Below, one piece after another: positions 26,285 to 38,242 of a DNA stretch of 64,000 nucleotides. Below the pieces are notes generated by a model that was given only the letters and a program-made list of their open reading frames with translations, did no database searches and had not been told where the DNA came from. Every line of letters begins with the position of its first letter. Position 1 is the first letter of the stretch. This DNA comes from Planktothrix sp. GU0601_MAG3. GTDB taxonomy: Bacteria; Cyanobacteriota; Cyanobacteriia; Cyanobacteriales; Microcoleaceae. The stretch lies in contig CP136572.1 in the NCBI GenBank assembly GCA_035193785.1, positions 1,376,001 through 1,440,000 of the forward strand. Reading direction: 5' to 3'. Both the position numbers and the translations under genes were made by a program.

Positions 26285-29006
26285 TTATGATTCGGTTTCA
26301 ATCAAATCCTTGAGCATCGGATTGAGATTTTTAGGCCGATAATCGGGATGGGCTTTAAGTCGTTTGACAACACTATGATGAATAATAACTTTTTCGGATT
26401 TTAGCGATCGCCATTCCTCGCCACCTAGAGAATAAACCCCAGTAACACGATTATCAAATTTAGCCATTATATCTGGCTTAATCTGAAATTCTTCACTTTC
26501 ATTTTCAGGGGAACAAAACTCTAATCCCAATTTTTTAGCTTGGTTTAGCATCCATTCTAAAGGATAATCCGACAGTCCTTGATATGCTTTAATTCCTCCA
26601 CCAATACAGTTATGTTCACCAGAAAACCAAACTTCTTTAACTATTTGGTCAGGATTTTTTGCATTTCCTTCCATGAAAGTCGCAGGGAAACTTTTGCATT
26701 TCTCATCAATGGCAACCGCATGAAAAGCATTTTCTACAATGGGACTCAATCTATTATCAAAAAACTGATATTTCTGATTCCAGGGTTTGGCAATCGGTAG
26801 CCAAGGTGTTAAATCAGGAATACCTAATGTTCCCACCGTATCCCAACATCCTAACATTTTAATCGGGACACGATACTGTAGATAGTCTTTTTCGGTATCG
26901 ATATTTTGGGAATTTTCTTCACGGAATTTTTGGGCTTTTGGATCATTGGGACTAATTTTGGCATCTCGATAAAGCTGATATGCTTTAGAAATTTCCCGAA
27001 TTTTTGAACGTTTTAACAAACCACACTTATAGATCATACCCGCTAAGGAGCGAACAATATAAGCTCCACGACTAAAACCAAGGAGGTAGATTTCGTCGTG
27101 GGCATTTACATCATAGTTCATACATAAAAACCGATAAGTCTCTTGAATGATTCTGTCAATTCCCCATCCAAAAGCACCTTCCCCTAAACGTTTGATTAAA
27201 TGATCTAAATCTTCTTCTTCTGATGTGCCATATCCTGATAAATATAAGACAATTTGCGGTGTTTGATCATTGGCTGTATATTTCAATGAGTGGGCAAATT
27301 TGATCACATTAGTTGGATAGGAACTTGCAGGTTGATTCCAAGTTCCATCACAGCAAATCACTAATCGTTTTTTCTGCTTTCCAGAATCAAGTTGATTGGA
27401 TTCTAGTATTTTATCATTAGAGATTTGTTCCGTAATAATTGGTTCAACGGTTTCTGAAATCGGTTCTAAGATTTCCGCTTCTGATGTTAGTTCATCGGTA
27501 ATAATTGATTCAACGGTTTCTGAAATCGGTTCTAAGATTTCCGCTTCTGATGTTAGTTCATCGGTAATAATTGATTCAACGGTTTCTGAAATCGTTTCTA
27601 AGATTTCCGCTTCTGATGTTAGTTCATCGGTAATAATTGGTTCTAAGATTTCCGCTTCTGATGTTAGTTCATCGGTAATAATTGGTTCTAAGATTTCTAA
27701 TATCGGTTCTAAGATTTCCGCTTCTGGTATTAGCTCATCGATAATAATTGGTTCTAAGATTTCTAATATCGGTTCTAAGATTTCCGATGCTGATGTTAGT
27801 TCATCGGTAATAATTGGTTCAACGGTTTCTGAAATCGTTTCTAAGATTTCCGCTTCTGATGTTAGCTCATCGGTAATAATCGGTTCAACGGTTTCTGAAA
27901 TCGTTTCTAAGATTTCCGCTTCTGATGTTAGCTCATCGGTAATAATCGGTTCAACGGTTTCTGAAATCGTTTCTAAGATTTCCGATTCTGATGTTAGTTC
28001 ATCGGTAATAATCGGTTCCACGGTTTCTAATATTGGTTCTGAGATTTCCGCTTCTGATGTTAGCTCATAGGTAATAATTGGTTCAACGGTTTCTGAAATC
28101 GTTTCTAAGATTTCCGATTCTGATGTTAGTCCATCGGTAATAATTGGTTCAACGGTTTCTGAAATCGTTTCTAAGATTTCCGATGCTGGTGTTAGTTCAT
28201 CGGTAATAATTGGTTCAACGGTTTCTAATATTGGTTCTGAGATTTCCGATTCTGATAAAGGTTCATTAGTATTCATAGATTGACTAGATTTTTTAGTTTT
28301 GGTTCTGGTTTTAGTTTTATTTTTAATTCTAGGAGCTTGTTCAATTTTTTTGGCAGGTAATTTCTCTAATTTCCAACTTGTTCCATAAATTATGCCATCG
28401 TTAGCATAGCTGGTTTTATCATTAACATCCCCATTTAGAGGTAAATAAGTTGATAGTCCTAATTCATCACCCACTAAACGTCGATTCATGTCCTGTTTAA
28501 TTTCTTCTTGGGTGCGAGCTTGATTCCAAATATATAATTCAGCAAGGGAACCCTTCCAATAATGAGAAACCATTAACAGAAGAACCAATAACCAGTTTTT
28601 TGACGCCCGTTAATGGTCTATTATGCCCGTTCCCTCGATGCCAAACTCCTCCATTTCGATAAATATACATTCGCCCGGTGGTGGCATTTTTCACAAAAGC
28701 CCAATGAGTCCACCCATTATATTCTCTGAGTTTTACGGTTTTATCGATGCGATCAAAACCATCCTGATTCCCTGCGTCCCAAAAAATCCGAGTATCTGTT
28801 TCATCCCACCAAGGCAAACTAATTTGTAAGACCCGAGTATTTTGATTATTATAAGCTTCGAGAATGCTGGTTTGTTCCGTCAAACTATTTCCGCCCTTAG
28901 CCCAAAATTCAATAGTGATGGCTTTGTCAAGGTCGGGAAAACTTTTGGATAACTCTATATGGTCATCGATACCATCAAAAATTAGGACTGATTTTTGTTC
29001 AGACAT
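26285..29006 (-). CDS. LamG/concanavalin domain + acidic tandem-repeat linker + DUF2235 (Tle1-like alpha/beta hydrolase); +1 frameshift at 28566-28570
   Basis: FDG.DD.I, TIEFW, W.H.A, W..ART..EI (LamG); CCDGTWN, GFSRGAY, WDTV, HAVAIDE, EVWF.G.H..IGGG (DUF2235). Confidence 0.85.
27430..28256 (-). repeat. Coding tandem repeat, ~66-bp unit (SEAEILETISETVEPIITDELT) with shorter variants
   Basis: More than a dozen near-identical units visible in DNA and protein. Confidence 0.95.
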
Positions 29007-29295
29007 TAATTTTCTCCTAACAACATTATTAAAGGGTTATACACGGGTTTTGAGATATTTTACTTGTTTTTCTTGCACCTGGCTACTTATTTTTTAATCT
29101 TTAACCTCCTTGCTATCAGCTTTTTATGATGATTCGGTCGGCCATAATTAGCAATAATTTCTTGACAATAATCCAGACAAGAGATTGATGAAGACATTAA
29201 ATAATTCTCGAAAAAACCATATTATCACCTTCCCAGATTAGGAAATAAATTGCTATAATCCAGTTAAATGAAGTCGTTATGAGTTTGAAATAAAA

Positions 29296-30658
29296 ATGAC
29301 CAACCCAACCGTTGAAAACCTTGTAATTATTGGTTCTGGGCCTGCGGGCTATACCGCCGCCATTTATGCCGGACGGGCGAATTTGAAACCCTTGGTCTTT
29401 GAAGGCTATCAAATCGGGGGGATTCCCGGGGGTCAGTTAATGACCACCACAGAAGTCGAGAACTTCCCAGGTTTTCCCGAAGGGATTACTGGGCCAGAAC
29501 TTATGGATCGAATCAAAGCCCAGGCCCAACGGTGGGGGGCGGAACTCTTGACCGAGGATGTGATTACCGTTGATTTGAGTCAACGCCCCTTTACCGTTAA
29601 ATCGGAAGACCGGGAAATCAAAACCCATACTATTGTAATTGCTACCGGGGCAACGGCGAAACGCTTACATTTGCCCCAGGAAGAAACCTTTTGGAATGCG
29701 GGCATTTCCGCCTGTGCTATTTGTGATGGGGCGAGTCCGATTTTCAAAGGGGTGGAATTAGCGGTAATTGGGGGAGGAGATACGGCGACCGAGGAAGCGG
29801 TTTATCTGACAAAATATGCCACCCATGTTCATCTGTTGGTCAGACGGGGAGAACTGCGGGCGAGTAAAACCATGCAGCAACGGGTGATTAACCATCCTAA
29901 AATCACTGTGCATTGGCATACTGAGGCCGTTGATGTGTATGGAAATGGCAAATTGGGCGGGATTAAAATTAAGAATACCCAGACGGGAGAACAGCAAGAT
30001 TTACCCGTTCAGGGATTATTTTATGCCATTGGTCACACCCCCAATACCCAAATATTCCAAGGACAGTTAGAACTGGATGAGGTGGGGTATATTGTTACAA
30101 AACACGGGACTCCAGAAACCAGCGTGGAAGGAGTTTATGCCGTGGGGGATGTCCAGGATCACGAATTCCGTCAAGCAATTACGGCGGCGGGTAGTGGTTG
30201 TATGGGGGCGATGTTAGCAGAAACGTTGGTTATCCCTAAATGGGTTAGCACAGGAATTTCAACAGACGGAAACCCCGGAAGTGGAAACCCCCAAATCAAC
30301 TCCTTCTCAGATTACGACTTCGGAGAATTTCGATATCCAGAATACTCGCCACACTGGGGGTTATGCGTTGCGGAAACTTTACCATGATAGCGATCGCTTA
30401 ATTATGGTCAAATATTCCTCCCCCACCTGCGGGCCTTGTCATGCTCTGAAACCGATTTTGGATAAAGTCGTGGCTGAATTTGAGGGCAGGATTCATTATA
30501 TTGAAATTGACATTGAAGAAGATCCAGAAATTGCCCAAAATGCCGGGGTAGTTGGGACTCCGACGGTGCAGTTTTTCAAAAATAAGGATTTAATTGAAAA
30601 CCTCAAAGGGGTTAAACCCAAGAGTTTATATCGAGAATTAATTGAGAAAAATTCATAG
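29296..30658 (+). CDS. trxB: NADPH-thioredoxin reductase fused to thioredoxin (NTRC type); +1 frameshift at 30220-30224
   Basis: GSGPAG, CAICDG, GGGDTA; C-terminal TCGPC thioredoxin. Confidence 0.92.
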
Positions 30659-30664
30659 AACTAT

Positions 30665-30798
30665 GTAGTGAGTCCTTTAGGACTCCTGACTTAAATTAGG
30701 AGAAAAGACAGCCCTGAAGGGCTTACTACGAAAGTAGTGAGTCCTTCAGGACTCCTGACTTAAATTAGGAGAAAAGACAGCCCTGAAGGGCTTACTAC
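30665..30798. repeat. Two tandem 69-bp copies of a family A REP doublet
   Basis: GTAGTGAGTCCTT.AGGACT...AGCCCTGAAGGGCTTACTAC at 30665 and 30734. Confidence 0.9.
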
Positions 30799-30810
30799 GT
30801 TTGAGTTAAA

Positions 30811-31101
30811 TTAAAACCCTACTTGCTGCACACTTCCCAATAAAGCAATAATCAATTGAGAACCAAATTGTAGGGCAAAAATTGCAATAATTGCGGAAAA
30901 ATCAATTCCACCTAAAGGGGGAATAAAAGAACGGAATAGGTTGAGATAGGGATCGGTTAATTGGCTTAAGATGGAAAAGGGAGGATCAGACCAATTAATT
31001 GTAGGAAACCAGCTTAATAGAATCCTAACAAATAGGATCAACATATAAATGTTCAGAAACTGTGCCAGGGTACTAGCGAGTAAATTTAAAGGAAGTGCCA
31101 T
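30811..31101 (-). CDS. YggT/YlmG family membrane protein
   Basis: RILLSWFP, TDPYL..FR..IPPLGGIDFS. Confidence 0.9.
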   Translation of the reverse strand: MALPLNLLASTLAQFLNIYMLILFVRILLSWFPTINWSDPPFSILSQLTDPYLNLFRSFIPPLGGIDFSAIIAIFALQFGSQLIIALLGSVQQVGF

Positions 31102-31202
31102 AAAATTCTTTTGATGTTTGACTGAATTTGACATAAAGTTATGTTCCCCAGTGTACCACATTTGAAACCCGGGGATAGATTCAAACCAGCAGCTAGAATC
31201 GG

Positions 31203-31499
31203 TTAATTTTCGATTTCCGACCCACCATTGCCATTGACACTACCTAACTGTTGACGGACATCATCAATAGCCTGATTGAGTTGAGCTATTTTATCCTCCA
31301 AACCCAATCGGGAAGTTTCCATATTTTCTCCCGTCAATTTAGCCGTCCTCCCCGATTTTCCCTGTATTTCTAATAGCGGTTCAATCCGGTCTTGATTACT
31401 GATGCGGTTGGCAAGTACCACCCCTAATACCCCCCCAACCAAACCTCCGAAGGTTGCACCCAAGAAAAAGCCACTACCAAAGCCGTCTCGATTACCCAT
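31203..31499 (-). CDS. Conserved hypothetical protein with N-terminal Gly-rich TM helix and coiled coil
   Basis: GF.LGA.FGG.VGG.LG; LEDKIAQLN.AIDDVRQQL. Confidence 0.75.
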   Translation of the reverse strand: MGNRDGFGSGFFLGATFGGLVGGVLGVVLANRISNQDRIEPLLEIQGKSGRTAKLTGENMETSRLGLEDKIAQLNQAIDDVRQQLGSVNGNGGSEIEN

Positions 31500-31539
31500 A
31501 ATTTAACCACTCTGTCACAATAGCTTGATTTTACTGTGA

Positions 31540-32209
31540 TTAGGTAGGCGGACGGTCAAAAGTACCAAAGGTGCGATCGCCCGCATCCCCTAACCCGGGT
31601 ATAATCAAGCCCTGTTCATTAACTTCGGGATCAATAATAGCGGTATACACTTGCAAACTGGGATAGGCTTGATTTAACTTTTGTAACGCTGGGGGGGCGG
31701 CGACAATGGAAATAATTCTAATTAAAGCCGGGTCGAGATGACGTTGGGTAAGTTCGGCCATCACTGCCATAATTGTTCCCCCGGTTGCTAACATGGGTTC
31801 ACTGATGATCACCCGGGTTTGGGGGTCAAATTGGGCGGGTAATTTATTTAAGTAGCAAGTAGGCTCTAGGGTTTCTTCGTTGCGTAAATACCCTAGATGA
31901 TATACCGAAGATAGGGGAAACAACGCTTTGGATACCTTCGGTTAGGGCTAAACCAGCGCGTAAAATTGGAACCACAATTAAGGGAACTTCGGGATTAACA
32001 AAGGTTGCGGTACATTCGGTTAGGGGAGTTTGTACCGTTGTTTCTAGGGTCGGTAACCAGTCCCTCGCCGCTTCATAAGTCAACCAACGTCCTAACTCCG
32101 TCATCGCCGTCCGAAATAAACCCGGAGGAGTCGCTTGGTCACGAGCAACCCCTAACCAATGTTTAATCAGGGGATGGGGGGGGACATAAATACGCAGTTG
32201 AGGGGCCAT
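31540..32209 (-). CDS. upp: Uracil phosphoribosyltransferase; +1 frameshift at 31917-31921
   Basis: HPLIKH, VPILRAG, PMLATGG, PGLGDAGDR. Confidence 0.93.
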
Positions 32210-32325
32210 ATCAAAACTGTTGGAAATTCTCAACCATCATCCCATAACATTGCTAGGCTATTGTGAAAGGTTTTTAAATTATCTTTGACAGATTAAAATA
32301 TTGTTCTGCTTTGAGAGTAACGATT

Positions 32326-33792
32326 ATGAAAGCAATTATGATTGTGGGAACGACTTCCCACGCCGGAAAATCGATGATGGTTACGGCTATTTGTCGCATT
32401 CTACATCGTCGGGGGGTGCGAGTTGCACCGTTTAAAGGACAAAATATGGCCCTCAATTCCTATGTTTCTCCGGCGGGGGCGGAAATGGGTTATGCTCAGG
32501 CGGTGCAGGCGTGGGCGGCGGGGGTTACTCCTTCGGTGACGATGAATCCGATTTTATTGAAACCCCAAGGAAATATGACCTCTCAGGTGATTTTTAAGGG
32601 GAAACCGGTGGGGGTTGTTAAAGCCAGTGATTATTATGAACAATATTTTGATCGGGGTTGGGAAGCCATTACCGAATGTTTAGAATATTTAACCCAAGAA
32701 TTTGATATTTTAGTTTGTGAAGGGGCGGGAAGTCCGGCGGAAATTAATCTCAAACATCGAGATTTAACTAATATGCGGGTGGCTAAATATTTGAATGCGA
32801 AAACTTTATTAGTAGTTGATATTGATCGGGGTGGGGCTTTTGCCCATGTTGTGGGAACTTTACAATTATTAGAACCCGATGAACGAGGGTTAATTTGTGG
32901 TATTGTGATTAATAAATTTAGGGGACAGCGATCGCTCTTAGAATCTGGGATAAAATGGTTAGAGGAATATACGAAAATTCCTGTAGTTGCCGTGATTCCT
33001 TGGATTGATAATCCGTTTCCCGCAGAGGATTCTTTAAGTTTATTAGATCGCCCTTCTGGTTCTCCCCAAACGGAATTAACCATTGCCGTGATCCGTTTTC
33101 CTCGGATTTCTAATTTCACCGATTTTGATCCTTTGGACTCGGAATCAACCGTCGGTATTAAGTATGTTAACCCAGGGGAATATTTAGGACATCCCGATGC
33201 TGTAATTCTTCCCGGTTCTAAAACTACTATATCGGATTTGCAAGTATTAAAAGAATCGGGAATGGCAGATCAAATTAAAAATTATATTAAAGCCGGGGGA
33301 CAAGTTATGGGAATTTGTGGCGGTTATCAAATGTTAGGAAAAGTGGTATCCGATCCCTATGGTTTGGAGGGAGAGCAAGGAGATTATGAAGGCTTAGGAT
33401 TATTAGCCATGAAAACAGTAATTTCCAATCAAAAAATCTCCCGTCAACGGTTAGTAACTTCTAATTATCCCCAGAAAAATTTACCCGTTGAAGGCTATGA
33501 AATTCATCAGGGAAGAACTCAACTCCTAGATGCTGATGATATTTTTCCTTTATTTGATGACCAAAATTTAGGATATGTCAATGGTCAAAAATCTATTTGG
33601 GGTCATTATTTACATGGGATTTTTGATAATGGATCTTGGAGACGAACCTGGCTAAATCATCTCAGAAAAGCCAGGGGTTTAAATCCTTTACCTACTGGTA
33701 TTGCTAATTATCGAGAACAGCGAGAAATATTATTAGATGTATTAGCAGATACGGTAGAATCTCATTTAGATATGAAATCTATTTTGAGTTAA
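32326..33792 (+). CDS. cobQ: Cobyric acid synthase
   Basis: GTTSHAGKS, PFKGQNMALN, EGAGSPAE, ISNFTDF, GICGGYQM. Confidence 0.96.
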   Translation: MKAIMIVGTTSHAGKSMMVTAICRILHRRGVRVAPFKGQNMALNSYVSPAGAEMGYAQAVQAWAAGVTPSVTMNPILLKPQGNMTSQVIFKGKPVGVVKASDYYEQYFDRGWEAITECLEYLTQEFDILVCEGAGSPAEINLKHRDLTNMRVAKYLNAKTLLVVDIDRGGAFAHVVGTLQLLEPDERGLICGIVINKFRGQRSLLESGIKWLEEYTKIPVVAVIPWIDNPFPAEDSLSLLDRPSGSPQTELTIAVIRFPRISNFTDFDPLDSESTVGIKYVNPGEYLGHPDAVILPGSKTTISDLQVLKESGMADQIKNYIKAGGQVMGICGGYQMLGKVVSDPYGLEGEQGDYEGLGLLAMKTVISNQKISRQRLVTSNYPQKNLPVEGYEIHQGRTQLLDADDIFPLFDDQNLGYVNGQKSIWGHYLHGIFDNGSWRRTWLNHLRKARGLNPLPTGIANYREQREILLDVLADTVESHLDMKSILS

Positions 33793-33831
33793 GTTGTAAA
33801 AAAATCTAATTCTTAATGATGAAAGTTTGTT

Positions 33832-34066
33832 ATGAAAATTCTTTTTTTGCCCGACGAAGTTACGATTGAAGCCCAGCCAGGAGAGCCTTTATTAGAAGTA
33901 GCAAAACGAGCAGGTGTGATGATTCCTACCGGGTGTTTAATGGGGTCTTGTCATGCTTGTGAAGTGGAAATAGACGAAGATAATTTTGTCTGTGCTTGTA
34001 TTTCTGCTGTTTCCCCCCGGGAAAACTGAAATGACTATTAATATTTATAGTGATCCAACTTGGTAG
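33832..34066 (+). CDS. Small 2Fe-2S ferredoxin; +1 frameshift at 34009-34013
   Basis: IPTGCLMGSCHAC...C; corrected end ...IYSDPTW stop at 34066. Confidence 0.85.
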
Positions 34067-34076
34067 GATATTGGGT

Positions 34077-34467
34077 AATTACGAATTACGAATTACGAAT
34101 TACGAATGGGTAATGGGTAATGGGTAATGGGTAATGGGTAATGGGTAATGGGTTTTGGGTAATGGGTAATGGGTTTTGGGTTTTGGGTAATGGGTTTTGG
34201 GTAATGGGTTTTGGGTAATGGGTTTTGGGTAATGGGTAATGGGTAATGGGTAATGGGTAATGGGTTTTGGGTTTTGGGTAATGGGTTTTGGGTAATGGGT
34301 AATAGAAAGAGTTTATCCCCCCGCCTCCCCTGCTCCCCCTGCTCCCCCTGCACCTCCTGCTCCCCCTGCTCCCCCTGCACCTCCTGCTCCCCCTGCTCCC
34401 CCTACTCCCCCTGCACCTCCTGCTCCCCCTGCTCCCCCTGCTCCCCCTGCTCCCCCTGCTCCCTGCT
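34077..34467. repeat. Composite STRR block: AATTACG x4, GGGTAAT/GGGTTTT heptamers, CCCCCTGCT 9-mers
   Basis: Direct inspection; lies between convergent genes. Confidence 0.95.
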
Positions 34468-34519
34468 ATATCAAAAAAATAGGGATTGAGAAACCCAACC
34501 CCTACGGTTATTATTCACA

Positions 34520-35518
34520 CTAACTAGCCAAATATTCCCTAACTTGAGCTTTACGACGGCGCAGGTGGTTCAGGGCTTGGTTTTCCAGTTGACGAACCCG
34601 TTCACGACTGATGCTCATTTGCACCCCCACTTTAGACAGGGACATCTCCTTACCATCTTCCAACCCGTAACGCAGGGTAATTACTTCCCGTTGTTGGGCG
34701 GTTAAGTCCGCCAGTAAATTTTTCAAGTCCTGACGCAGTAACTCTTGAGTCACAAAAGCATCGGCGGAGGTATTATGATCTTCGAGGAGATCTTGCAATT
34801 CCGTATCTTGATTATCCCCTACCCGCAAGTCCAAAGACACGGGAAGACGGGACGCCAACAGATAATCCCGAATTTGAGCCGGGTCTAAGTCTAACGCTTG
34901 AGCAATTTCCCCCGGGGTGGCGTTGCGTCCCAATTTTTGGACTAACTCCCGTTGAACTTTTTTAATTTTGTTCAGTTTTTCGGTAATATGGATGGGCAGA
35001 CGAATGGTGCGAGAAGTTTGGGCAATGGCACGGGTAATGGCTTGACGAATCCACCAGTAAGCATAGGTAGAGAACTTATACCCCCGCATGGGATCAAATT
35101 TTTCCACACCCCGTTCTAAACCCAGGGTTCCTTCTTGGATTAAATCCAAAAATTCCATGTTGCGTTTTTGATATTTCTTCGCAATGGACACCACTAAACG
35201 CAAGTTAGCTTCGATCATTTTTTGCTTGGCGCGGCGTCCTTTTTGTATGAGGGTTTGAAGTTCCTCTGGACTCATTTGCGCCGCCTCAGACCATTCTGGC
35301 TGACTCGGTTCCCGACCCAGTTGTTCTGCGAGAGTATTTTTCACTTCCAACTGTTGCATCATGGTCTGTACCTGCTTACCGTAGGTAATCTCCTGTTCTC
35401 GGGTCAGTAAAGGAACCCGCCCAATTTCATGCAAATAGGTACGAACCGCGTCGGTGGTTGCAGGTCGAGTGCTTCTGGAAGCCATTTGCTCTTTGTATGT
35501 AGTATTGACAGTTGGCAT
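34520..35518 (-). CDS. Group 2 RNA polymerase sigma factor (SigB-like)
   Basis: VRTYLHEIGRVPLLT, ANLRLVVSIAKKY, GYKFSTYAYWWIRQAI, SRERVRQLE. Confidence 0.92.
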   Translation of the reverse strand: MPTVNTTYKEQMASRSTRPATTDAVRTYLHEIGRVPLLTREQEITYGKQVQTMMQQLEVKNTLAEQLGREPSQPEWSEAAQMSPEELQTLIQKGRRAKQKMIEANLRLVVSIAKKYQKRNMEFLDLIQEGTLGLERGVEKFDPMRGYKFSTYAYWWIRQAITRAIAQTSRTIRLPIHITEKLNKIKKVQRELVQKLGRNATPGEIAQALDLDPAQIRDYLLASRLPVSLDLRVGDNQDTELQDLLEDHNTSADAFVTQELLRQDLKNLLADLTAQQREVITLRYGLEDGKEMSLSKVGVQMSISRERVRQLENQALNHLRRRKAQVREYLAS

Positions 35519-36309
35519 GACTATGAATTACACTCCTAAAAACAGAATTTACAGGGGTAGCAGATTTTTTTCATCTCTCTACAGGAGGTTCCACAGGAAT
35601 CGACAACAAAGGCTCCCCCGCACTTTGGTTCTGGGAAGGACTCCAACTTTTGTCTGTCTCCGTAAAGACGAATTCTGTCCTATCTTTACTTTTCGTTGCG
35701 ATTAAATAGAGGGTTACTCTCCAGGGCCTAGGGCTAATATTTCCCTATATGTTTCTATCGTTTTTTCCTAGTATTCCCTAAAGCTGCATTACCTAATCAG
35801 GCTGTGAGGCTGCCGGGTCGCCAACCGAGAATCGGTTTAGACAACGGAATCTGTTTTAACCTCCATCTCCTACTCCTGGTTCGGAGGGAACTTAGTTTCT
35901 TCGACGTTAGTACACGTCCTTACAAGATTATGACATATAACTAGGGTTAAAAGTCAAGGGCTTCATGGCAAGACCTCCAATTCTAGCTGATTTTATTAAC
36001 ATAATTTCATCATGCCCTGATGCTTGGGATAGTACAACTGTAGTAATTGAGTAATAACCGAACTTTCGGGTATCGGTTGAAGGGTGTATAGGTTTCTCCC
36101 ATACCCCTTAACCCAACTTTTGACAGCGAATAAGTTAGACTACAGCGAGATTGGGACTGATTACCGAAAATTTTTCGGTAAATTGACTATCACCCAATAA
36201 AGGTGGTGTATAGGAGGAAGTACCCATTTGTAATTAATTTTGTTTAGGTACTTAGTTTTATTTTCAATAATAAATATTAAAAATGTATTAATTTGGGGGT
36301 TTCCAAATT

Positions 36310-38059
36310 TTAAAACCCTAAATCATCTTTTGCTAAAGCCGCCGCTTTTAATACCTTTTCATCGGATTCTTGTGTCCAATCAGTTTCTCCAATTTCCTGA
36401 TAAAATGTTTGATCATAGGGACGGGTGCGAACTACAACGGGCATCGGGACAGCATGACCTAAGACTAATGCTTGTTGTTTGGAATCCAATTTTGATAACA
36501 CCGACCGCAAACTTTGCCCCCCAGAAACCCCGGTAAAAATCGCATCAATATCTTTATCATCATTTAATAAAGCGGTAATTCGAGTGCCGACTTGAGACAT
36601 GACTTCTGCATCAATACCAGAGGGACGCTGATCAACAATTAATAGGGTAACAAAATATTTTCGCATCTCCCGGGCAATAGTTCCAAAAATAGTAGAACGT
36701 ACAATAGATGGATCTAAAAAACGGTGGGCTTCTTCAATAGTAATTACCAATTGGGTCGGACGGTCTACGGGATTTTTAGAGGCTAAAAAATTCTCGGCTT
36801 TTTTAACGTAAGCATGATGAATCCGGCGAGTTATCATGTTAGTTACTAACATATAGGATAGCATATCAGACTGCGATCCAAACTCCACTACAACGTTTTT
36901 TCCCGCGTCCAAAGATTGTAATATTCTATCTACATAATTAAACGGACAGGTGGGACGCATATATTTTAAATTATCCATCCGTAGTAATTTCCGTTGGAGT
37001 GCCATAATTGAACCTTTATGTCCCCGACGTTCATCACAAAATAGTTGAATTTCTTCATTAGTCATGGATAATAATTGAGAAATCCAAGAGGAGCCAAATT
37101 CACTACGGAGAATATTAGCATTATCAATACTTGCTTCGGAAAGATTTAATTCCCGTTGCACTAACATAATATCTTCTACCTCAATTTGAGCATAGCTTAA
37201 ATATAATTCCTGTGCATCTTTAATCCCTCGCCGTCGGCTAGATTCTGGATCAAGGGTATACACTTCTACCTGACCAGGAAACAGTTGTCTTAACCCTTTA
37301 ACTGTACTAAATTGTTTGCCCTCCGATACCGCTTCCCAACCATACTCGGAGTGCATATCAAAGATTAAATTAACGGCGGCTTTCTTCTTAATAATTCCCG
37401 ATAATAATAATCGGGTTAAAAAGGATTTTCCGGTTCCTGATTTGCCAAAAATTCCATTACTGCGTTCTACAAACCGATCTAAATCTAAACAAACTGGCAC
37501 ATCCATATCTAGGGGTTTACCGATGGCAAAATTGCGCCGGGTGGGGTCATCTTCCCAACCAAAAATGATTCTGAAATCCCGTTCGCTGGCTTCATAAACC
37601 TGGGAAAAATGCACGGGAATGGTTTTTACTGGTAATAGTTCAATTTCGCTGTTATTGGTTTGGGTTTGGAAGGAAGCTATCGCGGATTTTCCATTATTTT
37701 TACTCACTTTTTGTTGCTGTTGACCGACAACACGAATTATTTCTTCTTCTCGTTCTGAAACTTCCTGACTTAACATTAACATCGGACTGAGTTCAACGGT
37801 TCCGTAGGTACTATTTCCGGCTAGAATAGCCTGTAAAAAATCATCATCGGGGTGAGGGGGGTTGGCGATAATTCGCAAGCTGGAGGTTTCCTAAAGAGAC
37901 ATCGGTTAATAAACAGAAAAAATGCGATCGCTTTCCCCGCACGACTAAAAATTTTCCCACCCGCATTTCTTCCACCGATACATCGGGATGTAAGCGAACT
38001 TCCAAACCTTTTGTTAAGGAACCTTGAATTACAGAACCCAGGGGTTTTTCAGTAGTCAT
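36310..38059 (-). CDS. HerA-like ATPase (HAS barrel + DUF87); +1 frameshift at 37886-37890
   Basis: GKSGTGKS, FDMHSEY, IEEAH, REMRK, DQRPS. Confidence 0.85.
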
Positions 38060-38242
38060 AGTGCAGTTTTTGGGGGGTTAGCAACGGGTAACTTTGGTTA
38101 CGCATTGGGGGTTTATAGCGGGTTGTTGTATTGTTCATACTGCAACATTTTGCCATAAAATTAATTACAACTTACATTTTACAATAAGAATGTTTATTGT
38201 TTTTCGTCAAGAGATTGAGAGGGCTAAAGCCCTCACTACGGT

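Noticed and set aside
27396..28070. 224-aa Ser/Ile-rich ORF on the plus strand
   Set aside because: Antisense shadow of the coding tandem repeat
34093..34489. PITHY- and SPC-repeat ORFs
   Set aside because: Translations of STRR repeats
36310..38059. HerA-based defence system
   Set aside because: No Sir2, DUF4297 or nuclease partner is adjacent, and the context is housekeeping
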